Source: Terriglobia bacterium (GTDB lineage Bacteria; Acidobacteriota; Polarisedimenticolia; Polarisedimenticolales; JAIQFR01). Taken from it: a stretch of DNA of 64,000 nucleotides. This document shows, one piece after another, positions 9,422-18,694 of this stretch; the first letter of the stretch is position 1, and each line of letters starts with the position of its first letter. Both the position numbers and the translations under genes were made by a program. The stretch lies in NCBI GenBank assembly GCA_963748015.1, contig CAVVHE010000005.1:320001-384000 (forward strand), given 5' to 3'. The notes beneath the pieces are model-generated. The model was not told the origin of the DNA and ran no database searches. It worked only from the letters and a program-made list of their open reading frames with translations.

Positions 9422-9712
9422 CTAGTCGAGATCGAAGATGCTCGGCGGCTTCCCCTTCTCGTCCTTGGCCTTCTTGCGGGCTTCCTCGAACTTCTTGTCG
9501 AGGAGGTCTTGTAGGTTGCGCGTCCGGTCGGAGGCCTTCGTGAAGGCCTCCTCGCGCTTCTGCGCCCCGGTGTTCACTTCGGTCATCGCCTGCTCGAAAC
9601 TCTTCGTCGGCTTGGGCTGGGGGCGCTCCTCGGCGAGGATCTCGCCGGACGCGGCGTCCACCGTCATCTTGTTCCCGCAGCAGGGACAGAGCAGGTCGAT
9701 CGTCGCGGACAT
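9422..9712 (-). CDS. small conserved hypothetical protein (N-terminal CPCC ribbon plus coiled coil)
   Basis: GGAGG SD. MSATIDLLCPCCGNKMTVDAASGEIL...LLDKKFEEARKKAK...PPSIFDLD. Confidence 0.7.
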   Translation of the reverse strand: MSATIDLLCPCCGNKMTVDAASGEILAEERPQPKPTKSFEQAMTEVNTGAQKREEAFTKASDRTRNLQDLLDKKFEEARKKAKDEKGKPPSIFDLD

Positions 9713-9756
9713 CGTCGTGGCCTCCCGCTCCATTCTCCGGCGGGACGGAAGCCCCG

Positions 9757-10083
9757 TCAATCCGGTCGGCCCGCGGCGCGGAGCCGCACCACGGTCGCGC
9801 CCCAGCCTCCGCGCTCCGGCCGCGCGTCCTCGAAGCCCGCGACGCCGGGGTGGCGGGACAGGACCGCGCGGACGATCTCGCGCTGCACGCCGATGCCACG
9901 GCCGTGGATCAGCCGGACCTCCTCGAGGCCGGCCTCGATCGCGGCCTCGACGTAGGAGGCGACGACGGAGCCGACCTCCCGCGGCTGGAAGGGGTGGAGG
10001 TCGAGGCTGTCCTCGATCGGGAGCGACACCTCGGCCGGTATCTCGTCGTCGAGGGGGCCGCCGTCCCGGCCGTCTTGCTTCAC
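9757..10083 (-). CDS. Smr/MutS2 C-terminal domain protein (stand-alone Smr)
   Basis: LDLHPF...VRLIHGRGIG...GGWGATVVRL. GTG start chosen after AGGAG; start uncertain. Confidence 0.88.
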   Translation of the reverse strand: MKQDGRDGGPLDDEIPAEVSLPIEDSLDLHPFQPREVGSVVASYVEAAIEAGLEEVRLIHGRGIGVQREIVRAVLSRHPGVAGFEDARPERGGWGATVVRLRAAGRPD

Positions 10084-10249
10084 GAGGGCTCCTGCCGCGC
10101 GGCGCGGGGGACCTATCCTAGTGTGCACCGATTCCGATGTCGCGCTACATTCGGCGCCGGTTGAAGGACCCGCCTCCGATCTCTAGAATGGTCGTTTTTC
10201 CGGGGCTCGCTCGGATCCGCTCGCGGGATCGACCCCGCCGGGAGACATC

Positions 10250-11431
10250 ATGGACCGAACAGGGAAGATCTCGCTCCGGCACGCCGCCGGCTCCATCCTC
10301 GTGGTCTCGCTGGCGCTGGCGGTCGGCTGCGGCGGGTCCAAGACCGGGGCCCCCGACGCCCAGGGCAAGCCGGCGGCTCCGACCGCCGCGGCTCCGACCC
10401 CCGCGGCTCCGGCCGCCGAGGGCGGCGCCCCCGGAGCGGGTTCCCCTGCCGCGCCGCCGCCGGTAGCGATGCGGGATCCCGGCAACGTCGTGGCCACCGT
10501 CGACGGGAGGCCGATCACGGCGCGGCAGGTTTACGGTCTCGCGAGCGCCTACCGCGAGCAGTTCGACCAGCGCGGGATCGCGCTCGCGCCACAGCAGGAG
10601 ATGGAGCTCCAGCGCATGGCCCTGCAGACGCTGATCAACACCGACCTCATGGCGCGCGCCGCGAAGGCCGAGGGGATAAAGACCGACACGAAGATGATCG
10701 ACGGGCGGATCCAGGCCGACCGGGCCCGGTTCAAGACCGAGGAGGAGTACCGCCAGGCGCTCGCCGCCGCCGGGATCTCCCTCGAGCAGATCCGCTCCGA
10801 CCTCGAGCAGCAGTATCTCGCCGAGATGTGGGCGCGCGCGAAGACGGGCAGCGTCAAGCCCGACGAGGCGACCGTGCGAAAGGTCTACGACGAGCACAAG
10901 AACGAGTTCAAGAAGAGCGACGAGGCCCACGTCCTCCAGATCCTCGTCCCCGCCTCCCCCGCCGACACCCCGGAGAAGCGGGAGGCGGCGAGGAAGCGCG
11001 CCGAGGAAGCCTACGCCAAGGCGAAGGCTGGGGAGGATTTCGGGAAGCTCGCGACGAAGTACTCGCAGGCCCCCAACGCGGCGGCGGGTGGCGACACCGG
11101 GTTCATCCCCCAGGGTACGCAGCTACGCGAGTTCGACCAGGCGGCGTTCTCCCTTCCCGTCGGCCAGGTCTCGCCGGTCTTCGAGACGCAGGCGGGGTTC
11201 AACGTCATCAAGGTCCTCGAGCGCCGGACGGGGCAGCCGCTCTCGTGGGAGGAAGTGAAGGGCGGGCTGAGCGAGCAGATCACCTCGAACCTGAAGGGGC
11301 AGGTGCTCGAAGGGAAGATCGCCGAGCTTCGCGCGAAGGCCAAGGTCTCGATCACGGCCTCCGAGCTAGAGCCGCGCAAGCAGGCCGTCGCCGCGGGGGC
11401 CGCCGGAGCGGGCGCCCCGTCGAATCCCTGA
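10250..11431 (+). CDS. peptidyl-prolyl cis-trans isomerase, SurA/PrsA-like lipoprotein (parvulin)
   Basis: Lipobox LAVGC, Pro/Ala linker, VATVDG SurA-N domain, and parvulin motifs (QILV, GEDFGKLATKYS, GGDTGF, FETQAGFNVIKV). Confidence 0.9.
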   Translation: MDRTGKISLRHAAGSILVVSLALAVGCGGSKTGAPDAQGKPAAPTAAAPTPAAPAAEGGAPGAGSPAAPPPVAMRDPGNVVATVDGRPITARQVYGLASAYREQFDQRGIALAPQQEMELQRMALQTLINTDLMARAAKAEGIKTDTKMIDGRIQADRARFKTEEEYRQALAAAGISLEQIRSDLEQQYLAEMWARAKTGSVKPDEATVRKVYDEHKNEFKKSDEAHVLQILVPASPADTPEKREAARKRAEEAYAKAKAGEDFGKLATKYSQAPNAAAGGDTGFIPQGTQLREFDQAAFSLPVGQVSPVFETQAGFNVIKVLERRTGQPLSWEEVKGGLSEQITSNLKGQVLEGKIAELRAKAKVSITASELEPRKQAVAAGAAGAGAPSNP

Positions 11432-11446
11432 CGCCGTCTCGCCCCG

Positions 11447-12418
11447 CTATTTTCCGAGGACCGCGCCCGGGGTCTCCGTCGTCGCCGTCTTGAAGAACTG
11501 GTAGCCGTCGTAGCGCCGGGAAGAGGCCTGGCGCGGGGCCGACTGCTTCGCCGAGACGGCGATCCGCGTGTCGTACCTCAGCTCGGTCGGAAAGCTCAGG
11601 CCGTCTCGCCTCAGGCCGAACTGCACGAACGCGGAGTACAGGAGCGGCCGCGGCGCCATGTGGAACCCGATGAGGTTGAACGCCTGCGACCATCGGTTGT
11701 AGAGGGCCCGGACCCGCGCGTCCTGCCCGGCCGGCTTGGCCTGGATCTCGACGGGGGCGAAGGTCACCGCATCGACGAGGACGATTCCCTCCCACTGGCG
11801 GATGTCCTTGCCGTCCGTGAACGGCAGCGCGCCGCGGAATTCGACCTCCCTCACCCAGTCGAATCCCTCGAAACGCTCGCCGAGGTCGCGATACACGAAG
11901 GCCGACTGGTTGAAGAGGTTGAACATCTGGACCCACGCGTACGCGGGGGGAAACGGCTCCTCGTCCTGGACCTCGCCTCCGCGGGGCGTGCCGTCCTCGC
12001 GGACCTTCTGCCGGTACTCGCGCAGCGTCTCCCCGTCCGATTCCCGCTCGAGGAGGTACGCGTACCGCCGGACCGACTCGTCGGAAGCCTCCGCCTCGGA
12101 GTCGTACTTGGCGAGGCGGACCGTCTCGATGCAGGTGAAGCGGAGCGCGTAGTCGCGATACAGCTCCGCGACGCGGGCGAGTCGGGACAGCAGGTCGGCG
12201 GGCAGATTCCAAGGGGCTTCGGGCCTCGGCGCATCGCCGACGGTCTTGTCCCCGGCATCGTCCCGCGGCGGAGAGGCGGGCGGGCCCCCGGAAGCGGTGC
12301 GCGCCGGCGGCTCAAGCACCGGCCCGTCCGGAGGCTGCGGGGCCTGGGCCCGTGCCGCGGCCGTCGCGAATGCGGCGGCAACGATGAGCGTGACGGCCAG
12401 GATCCGCGATCTACGCAC
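11447..12418 (-). CDS. secreted hypothetical protein
   Basis: Signal peptide and beta-rich body ending RYDGYQFFKT. No family recognised. Confidence 0.65.
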   Translation of the reverse strand: MRRSRILAVTLIVAAAFATAAARAQAPQPPDGPVLEPPARTASGGPPASPPRDDAGDKTVGDAPRPEAPWNLPADLLSRLARVAELYRDYALRFTCIETVRLAKYDSEAEASDESVRRYAYLLERESDGETLREYRQKVREDGTPRGGEVQDEEPFPPAYAWVQMFNLFNQSAFVYRDLGERFEGFDWVREVEFRGALPFTDGKDIRQWEGIVLVDAVTFAPVEIQAKPAGQDARVRALYNRWSQAFNLIGFHMAPRPLLYSAFVQFGLRRDGLSFPTELRYDTRIAVSAKQSAPRQASSRRYDGYQFFKTATTETPGAVLGK

Positions 12419-12562
12419 CCCGTCATTCTAGACCGAACCCCGCCGCGCGGCTCGCGCCGAAAACGTTGCCGGCGCCGCATTCCCCGACGCCTGATATAGT
12501 GGGGTCGGTCGGCGGCTGGAGCTCGCGCTGTCGCCGCCCCGGAAAACCGAGACACCGAGACG

Positions 12563-14422
12563 ATGCTGAGGCGAATCCGCAATCTCCTGACCCGTACCCC
12601 GAAGGCATCCCGAACGCCGGTGGTGCCTGCGGCCGAGGTACCCGAGCCTCCCGCGCCGACGGCCGCGGCCGTCGCCGCGCCCGCCGTCCTAGCGGGGCCT
12701 AAGGTAGAGATCCGGCGCGGCCCCAAGGTCGTCCACCATCCGATCGATCCGGGCGAGCTCGATCCCGATGCGGTCCGGATCCTCCAGCGCCTCACCCGCT
12801 TCGACCACACCGCCTATCTCGTGGGCGGCTGCGTGCGCGATCTCCTGCTCGGGCGCCGGCCGAAGGACTTCGACATCGGCACGTCGGCCACCCCGCGGCA
12901 GATCAAGCGGCTCTTCAGCAATTCCAGGATCATCGGGCGCCGGTTCCGACTCGCCCACGTCTACTTCCAGAGCGGCAAGATCATCGAGGTGGCGACGTTC
13001 CGCTCGTACGACGTCGAAGAAGGGGAAGGCGCGCCCCAGGCCGCCGCGAAGGACCTCCTGATCCGCGACGACAACGTGTTCGGCGCCGCGGAGGAAGACG
13101 CCCTCCGCCGCGACTTCACGATCAACGCGCTGTTCTACGACGCCGAGAAGGGGACGGTCCTCGATCACGCCGACGGGCTGGCCGATCTGAGGCGGCGGCT
13201 CATCCGCACCATCGGCGATCCGGAGATCCGCTTCCGCGAGGACCCGATCCGGATCCTTCGTGCGGTCAAGTTCGCCGCGCGGCTCGGCTTCGAGATCGAG
13301 GGGCGGACCCTCGAGGCGCTGAAGCGCACGAGCGTCGAGATCCCGCGCGCCGCCATGCCGCGCGTTCTCGAGGAGATCAACCGGTTCTGCCGCGGAGGGG
13401 CCGCGCGCGCGTCGTTCGACCTGGCCCTCGAGACCGGCGTGTTCGACGTGATCCTCCCGGAGCTGGCGGGCGGGTACAAGCGCGACGGCGGCGCCCGGGA
13501 GCTCATGCTCGGGTTGATGGACTCCGTGGACCGCCGCCTCGAAAAGGGACGCGAGACGAGCACGGGCGAGATCCTGGCGATCCTGTCCCTGCCGCTCCTC
13601 GCGGTGCCGCTCGGGTGGGGAGCCGGCGGAAGCGCCGCCCCGCCGCGCAGCATCGATCTTCGGGACGTGACCGACGCTCTCCTGCGCCCGCTCGCGCTCA
13701 GGCTCAGGGTGTCCCGCAAGGACCAGGAGCGCTGCCGCCAGATCGTGCTGACGCTCGGGCGCATGGTGCCGGTGCGCGGACTCCGGAAGGGAGTCCGACA
13801 GGCGATCCTCCACCGTCCCGCGTTCGCGGACGCGATCTGGATTCTCGAGGGGGCCGGCGCGAGGCTGGGCGGGGACCTCGCGGAGGCGGCGGCGTACTGG
13901 CGCTCGGGGCACGAGACCGGCGGGGCGGAGCCCTCCTCGCACGGGCACCCCGAGCACGACGCGGAGGTCGGGGAGCTCCTCGAGGAAGGCGACGTCGCGA
14001 CGAGGAAGCGTCGGCGGCGGCGCCGCTCGAGGCGGCGAGGCAAGGGAGCCCCGGCGGCCGCCGGACCGGCGCACGAGACCGCGAGGCCCGCGGCCCACGA
14101 GCGCGTCGCGCGCGAGCGCGGGCCCGCCGAGCGTCCGCAGAAGCAGGAGCCACAGAACCTGCCGTCGCCGTGGGACGACAACTACTTCTTCGCCGCGCTT
14201 CCCACCGCTCCGAAGCTGGAGGCGGAGGACGGGGACACCGACCGTTACGGAGCCGCCACCGTCGCTCGCGGGCTCGAGGCGCCGGAACCGGAGGAAGCCG
14301 AGGACCGTCCCGGGCAGGCGCCGTCCCCCGACGCTCCGGCTCGGCGGCGGCGCCGCCGCCGGCGCTCGCGCCGCGGAAGGCCCGCCGACGGCGGTCCGGC
14401 TCCCCCACCCGGGCCCGAATAG
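12563..14422 (+). CDS. pcnB: poly(A) polymerase I with an Arg-rich disordered C-terminal tail
   Basis: GGCVRDLLLGRRPKDFDI, PAP-specific IIGRRFRLAHV, RRDFTINAL and EDPIRILRA. Confidence 0.9.
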   Translation: MLRRIRNLLTRTPKASRTPVVPAAEVPEPPAPTAAAVAAPAVLAGPKVEIRRGPKVVHHPIDPGELDPDAVRILQRLTRFDHTAYLVGGCVRDLLLGRRPKDFDIGTSATPRQIKRLFSNSRIIGRRFRLAHVYFQSGKIIEVATFRSYDVEEGEGAPQAAAKDLLIRDDNVFGAAEEDALRRDFTINALFYDAEKGTVLDHADGLADLRRRLIRTIGDPEIRFREDPIRILRAVKFAARLGFEIEGRTLEALKRTSVEIPRAAMPRVLEEINRFCRGGAARASFDLALETGVFDVILPELAGGYKRDGGARELMLGLMDSVDRRLEKGRETSTGEILAILSLPLLAVPLGWGAGGSAAPPRSIDLRDVTDALLRPLALRLRVSRKDQERCRQIVLTLGRMVPVRGLRKGVRQAILHRPAFADAIWILEGAGARLGGDLAEAAAYWRSGHETGGAEPSSHGHPEHDAEVGELLEEGDVATRKRRRRRRSRRRGKGAPAAAGPAHETARPAAHERVARERGPAERPQKQEPQNLPSPWDDNYFFAALPTAPKLEAEDGDTDRYGAATVARGLEAPEPEEAEDRPGQAPSPDAPARRRRRRRRSRRGRPADGGPAPPPGPE

Positions 14423-14450
14423 GGTCTCGAACCGGCAGGGGGGCTTCAGA

Positions 14451-15761
14451 ATGCAGAATCGGCGACAGTTCCTCGAATCGGTCGGCCTTCCCGTCACCGC
14501 CGCGACCGCGGCTCTCGCCTGGGGGAGCGCCGCGTCCGCTCGCACCCTCGATGTCCTCGCCTCCCTCGCCGGCGTTTCAGGGACGCCCGAGGAGATCGCC
14601 GCGGACGAGTCGTTCTGGTTCGACGCGCAGGAAGCCTTCACGGTGGACCGCAGCATCCTGAACCTCAACAACGGCGGCGTGTGCCCCTCGCCGGCGATCG
14701 TTCAGGCGGCGATGAAGCGGTATCTCGACCAGTCGAATACCGCGCCGGCGTACGCTCTCTGGCAGGTCCTCGAGCCCCAGAAGGAAACGGTCCGCACGCG
14801 CCTCGCGCGCTTCTTCGGCTGCAGCCCCGAGGAGGTCGCCATCACGCGCAACGCGTCGGAGGGGCTCCAGATCTGCCAGTCCGGCTTCGACTTGAAGCGC
14901 GGCGACGAGGTGCTCACCACGAACCAGGACTACCCGCGCATGATCACCACCTGGCGCCAGCGGGAGCGGCGGGAGGGGGTCGTGCTGAAGCAATTCTCGA
15001 TCCCGGTGCCCTGCGAGGACCCCGCGACGATCGTCAGGCGCTTCGAGGAGAACATCTCCCCCAAGACGCGCCTGATCCTCATGTGTCACGTGATCAACCT
15101 GACCGGGCAGATCCTGCCGGTGCGCGACGTCGTGGCGATGGCCCGCCGGCGCGGGATCCCGGTGATCGTGGACGGCGCCCACGCATTCGCCCATCTCGTT
15201 TACGACCGGGACGCGCTCGACTGCGACTACTACGCGACGAGCCTCCACAAGTGGCTGATGGCGCCTCACGGCACCGGGATGCTCTACGTGCGGCGAGAGA
15301 AGGTGAAGGACCTCTGGCCGCTCCAGGCCTCGGGGCCGGAGCTCGACGACAACATCCGGAAGTTCGAGGAGGTCGGCACGCACCCGGCGGCCAACGCGCT
15401 CGCGATTTCGGAGGCGATGACGTTCCACCTCGGGATCGGTCCGAAGCGGAAGGAAGCGCGCCTGCGCTACCTCCGGAACTACTGGGCCGAGCGGCTCCTC
15501 TCGAGCGACCGCGTGAGCCTGCTGACGAGCCTGAAGCCCGAGTTCAGCGGGGGTATCGGGAACTTCCGGGTCGAGGGGCTCGAGTGCGGCGCGCTGGGGC
15601 AGCACCTCTGGAACAAGCACAGGATCCTCGTCACCCCGATCAAGCACCCGGAGTTCGAGGGGATCCGCGTCACGCCGAACGTCTACACCACGCTCGACGA
15701 GCTCGACCGATTCGGCGACGCCGTTCTGGCCGCGATCCGCGATGGCCTCCCGAAAGCCTGA
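14451..15761 (+). CDS. Tat-exported aminotransferase class V-fold PLP enzyme (isopenicillin N epimerase / C-S lyase-like)
   Basis: NRRQFL twin-arginine signal. LNNGG, TRNASEGL, VDGAH, SLHKWLMAPHGTG (PLP Lys) and IRVTP. Confidence 0.88.
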   Translation: MQNRRQFLESVGLPVTAATAALAWGSAASARTLDVLASLAGVSGTPEEIAADESFWFDAQEAFTVDRSILNLNNGGVCPSPAIVQAAMKRYLDQSNTAPAYALWQVLEPQKETVRTRLARFFGCSPEEVAITRNASEGLQICQSGFDLKRGDEVLTTNQDYPRMITTWRQRERREGVVLKQFSIPVPCEDPATIVRRFEENISPKTRLILMCHVINLTGQILPVRDVVAMARRRGIPVIVDGAHAFAHLVYDRDALDCDYYATSLHKWLMAPHGTGMLYVRREKVKDLWPLQASGPELDDNIRKFEEVGTHPAANALAISEAMTFHLGIGPKRKEARLRYLRNYWAERLLSSDRVSLLTSLKPEFSGGIGNFRVEGLECGALGQHLWNKHRILVTPIKHPEFEGIRVTPNVYTTLDELDRFGDAVLAAIRDGLPKA

Positions 15762-15768
15762 GGCGGTG

Positions 15769-16227
15769 ATGAAGACGAACCTCCGGGCGGTGGGGCTGCT
15801 CGCCGTTGCCGCGCTCGCCGGCTGCGCCTCCCCGTCCGTGCGGCGGGAGGCGATCGCAACCGCGAAGGCCCCCGCGGCGATCGGCCCCTACTCCCAGGCG
15901 ATCCGCGCCGGCGATGCCGTGTGGGTCGCCGGACAGCTCGGGCTCGATCCCGCCACGGGGAAGATGGTCGAGGGGGGGATCGAGGGCGAGACGCGCCAGG
16001 CGATCGAGAACGTGCGGGCGATCCTCTCCGCCGCGGACCTCGGGCTCGAGGACGTCGTGCAGACCCAGGTGTTCCTCGCCGACCTCGACGATTTCCAGGC
16101 GATGAACGCCGTCTACGCCGGGTTCTTCCCGAAGGCGCCGCCCGCGCGCGCGACCGTGCAGGTCGCGAAGCTCCCCAAGGGGGCGCGCGTCGAGATCCTG
16201 GCGGTCGCCGTCCGGACGTCCCGGTAA
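15769..16227 (+). CDS. RidA/YjgF-family imine deaminase with a lipoprotein signal peptide
   Basis: APAAIGPYSQAI, GQLG, MNAVY, PARATVQVAKLPKGARVEI. N-terminal MKTNLRAVGLLAVAALAGC lipobox. Confidence 0.88.
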   Translation: MKTNLRAVGLLAVAALAGCASPSVRREAIATAKAPAAIGPYSQAIRAGDAVWVAGQLGLDPATGKMVEGGIEGETRQAIENVRAILSAADLGLEDVVQTQVFLADLDDFQAMNAVYAGFFPKAPPARATVQVAKLPKGARVEILAVAVRTSR

Positions 16228-16285
16228 CGCCGGGTTCGCAGGGAAGGCGCTCCCCCGCGCGGGCCGGCGGGAGTATGCTCGCCGC

Positions 16286-17686
16286 GTGACCGCCGTATCG
16301 TGGAGAGGGGTCCTCTTCGCCGCGGCGCTTGCCGTGCCGCTCCCGCTCCCGTCCGTGCCGGCGGCCCCGCCGGTCGACGAGGCGACCGCGGCCGTGCGCG
16401 TGCGCGCCCTCATCGCCCAGGACCTCTGGCGGGAAGCCCTCGAGGAAGCCGGGGCGCTCGCGGCGGCGAGACCGGACTCCGCCGCGGCGAAGGCGCTGCT
16501 CGGCGAGGCGCTTTACCGCGCGGGCCGGATCGCGGAGGCGGCGGCGCTGCTCGGCCCTCTCGTCGCGAGCGGCGCTCCGCCGCCGAGAGCGCTCGCGGTC
16601 CTGGGTCTCGCCCGCGTCGCCGAGGGGAAGGACGACGAGGGCGCGGCGCTGCTCGACCGGGCGCTCGCGGCGGCGCCGGATGACCGGTTCGTCGTCTTCT
16701 GGGCGGCGGGAGGGGCTTCGACCCGCGCGGAGACGATCGCGCGGCTCGAGAAGTACCTCGCGCTGAGCGAAGGGGACGACAAGGACCGGATCGAGGGGGC
16801 GCGCGGGACGATCCGCCTCTACAGGGCTCTCGGCGAGCGGCCGGTGTGGGTCCCCAAGAACCGGCCCGAGCGGCTCGAGCTTCCGCTCCACGGGCTGGCC
16901 GGCGCGCCGGGACGCAATCGTGGCTATCTGATCGACGCCGTCCTGGGGGACGGGAAGCGCGCGCGTCTCCTCCTCGATACGGGAAGCGGGGGGTTGTTCC
17001 TGCTCGACAGGATCGCGAAGAAGGGCGGTCTCGTCCCGCTCTCCGAGGAGACCGTGTTCGCGGGCGGGGGCGAGGGGCGCCAGGCGTCCCGCCGGGGCCT
17101 CCTTCCCGCGTTCGCGCTCGGCGAGCTCCGCTTCGCGGACGCGCTGGTCTCCACCACGACCGAGGAGATCGAGCCCACCGGCAGGTATCACGGCATCGTC
17201 GGGCTGTCGGTCTTCGCGGGATATCGCGTCACGATCGACCTCGATCGGAACCGGCTCGTTCTGGAGCCCTCCCCCGCCGCCGCCGCCGGCAGCCCCTACT
17301 GGACCGTGTCGGGCCAGATCCTCGTCGAGGCCCGGGCGCGCGGCGGCGCCGCCGGCCTCTTCATGCTGGATACCGGGGCGGCGAGGACCGAGGTCTCGTC
17401 GACCCTCGCCAGGTCGGTCCCGGGGGCGAGCCTCGGCCCCCCGATCCCGGTGCGGGGCTACGGCGGGAACATGCCGGGGACCCGGCTGGCCCGAGGGCTC
17501 GGTGTCGAGTTCCAGGCGCTCTCCTCCGAGGGAGCAGAGCTGATCGCCGCGGACCTGACGATGCGCAGCCGCCTCGGAGGCGTCGAGCTGTCGGGAATGC
17601 TCGGGCTCGATCTCCTCGACGGGACAAGGATCACCGTGGACACGAAGGCCCGCACGATCGAGATCGTGCGCGCCTCGAAACGCTAG
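16286..17686 (+). CDS. secreted TPR plus tandem retropepsin-like aspartyl protease
   Basis: Signal peptide, TPR-like helices, two DTG motifs (LLLDTGS, FMLDTGA), and GIVG / GMLGLDLL. Confidence 0.82.
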   Translation: MTAVSWRGVLFAAALAVPLPLPSVPAAPPVDEATAAVRVRALIAQDLWREALEEAGALAAARPDSAAAKALLGEALYRAGRIAEAAALLGPLVASGAPPPRALAVLGLARVAEGKDDEGAALLDRALAAAPDDRFVVFWAAGGASTRAETIARLEKYLALSEGDDKDRIEGARGTIRLYRALGERPVWVPKNRPERLELPLHGLAGAPGRNRGYLIDAVLGDGKRARLLLDTGSGGLFLLDRIAKKGGLVPLSEETVFAGGGEGRQASRRGLLPAFALGELRFADALVSTTTEEIEPTGRYHGIVGLSVFAGYRVTIDLDRNRLVLEPSPAAAAGSPYWTVSGQILVEARARGGAAGLFMLDTGAARTEVSSTLARSVPGASLGPPIPVRGYGGNMPGTRLARGLGVEFQALSSEGAELIAADLTMRSRLGGVELSGMLGLDLLDGTRITVDTKARTIEIVRASKR

Positions 17687-17772
17687 CCGGCGCTGGAATC
17701 CGGCCCCGCCCGTGCGCTATGCTCTCCGCCAATCCGAAGCCCCGCGCCGGGGAAGAGACCGGAGACACCGCC

Positions 17773-18678
17773 ATGCCGATCACCCGACTCGAGCAGATGG
17801 TCGACGCGCTCAAGACCCGCCCCCGGAAGAGGCTCGTCGCCGCCTACGCCAACGACGCCCACACGGTCGCCGCCGTCAGCCGGGCCGTGGAGCTCGGCAT
17901 CGTCGAGGGAACGCTCGTCGGCGACCGGGAGAAGATCGCCGCGGCGTGCAAGGAGGAGGGGATCGACCCCGGCCGGCTGGCGATCGTGCACGAGCCGGAC
18001 GAGGGGAAGGCCACCGCTCTCGCCGTAGCGATGGTCAACTCGGGCGAGGGGCAGATCCTGATGAAGGGGCTCGTCTCGACGGACAAGTACATGCGGGCGA
18101 TCCTCGACAAGGAGCGCGGGCTCATGGACCAAGGAGCGATCCTGAGCCACGTGTCGGTCATCGAGAACCGGCGGTACCACAAGCTGATCGTCTGCGGCGA
18201 CGTCGCCGTGATCCCGCAGCCGGAGCTGAAGGAGAAGATCGCGATCGCGCAGTACCTCATCCGCACCGCCCGCGCCCTCGGGATCGAGCGCCCGAAGCTG
18301 GCGATCGTCGCCGCGTCGGAGCAGGTCCTGCCGAAAATGCAGGCGTGCGTGGACGCCGCGATCCTCGCGAAGATGGCCGAGCGCGGCCAGCTCAAGGGGG
18401 CGATCGTGGACGGGCCGCTCGGTCTCGACGCTGCGATCGACTCCGAGGCCGCGAAGATCAAGGGGATCGGCGGCGAGGTCGCGGGCGACGCCGACTGCCT
18501 CCTCTTCGCGAACATCGAGGCGGGGAACGTCTTCTACAAGACGAACACCAAGCTCGCGGACGCGGAGCTCGCGGCGATGGTGGCCGGCGCGCGCGCGCCG
18601 GCGATCCTCTCGTCCCGCGGCGACAGCGTCGCGACCAAGACCTACTCGATCGCGCTCGGCGCCCTGACGGCGAGCTGA
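17773..18678 (+). CDS. ptb: phosphate butyryltransferase (PTA/PTB family)
   Basis: GGAG SD. ILMKGLVST, LSHVSV, DVAVIPQP, VDGPLGLDAAI, GDADCLLFANIEAGNVFYK and ILSSRGDS. Confidence 0.88.
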   Translation: MPITRLEQMVDALKTRPRKRLVAAYANDAHTVAAVSRAVELGIVEGTLVGDREKIAAACKEEGIDPGRLAIVHEPDEGKATALAVAMVNSGEGQILMKGLVSTDKYMRAILDKERGLMDQGAILSHVSVIENRRYHKLIVCGDVAVIPQPELKEKIAIAQYLIRTARALGIERPKLAIVAASEQVLPKMQACVDAAILAKMAERGQLKGAIVDGPLGLDAAIDSEAAKIKGIGGEVAGDADCLLFANIEAGNVFYKTNTKLADAELAAMVAGARAPAILSSRGDSVATKTYSIALGALTAS

Positions 18679-18694
18679 GGCGGCGGGCCGGGCT

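Noticed and set aside
10373..10417. 3 x 15-bp tandem repeat
   Set aside because: Encodes an ordinary Ala/Pro/Thr linker in the PPIase lipoprotein.
14000..14385. Two poly-Arg tracts in PcnB
   Set aside because: Basic disordered tails are common in RNA-processing enzymes, and nothing more specific is supportable.
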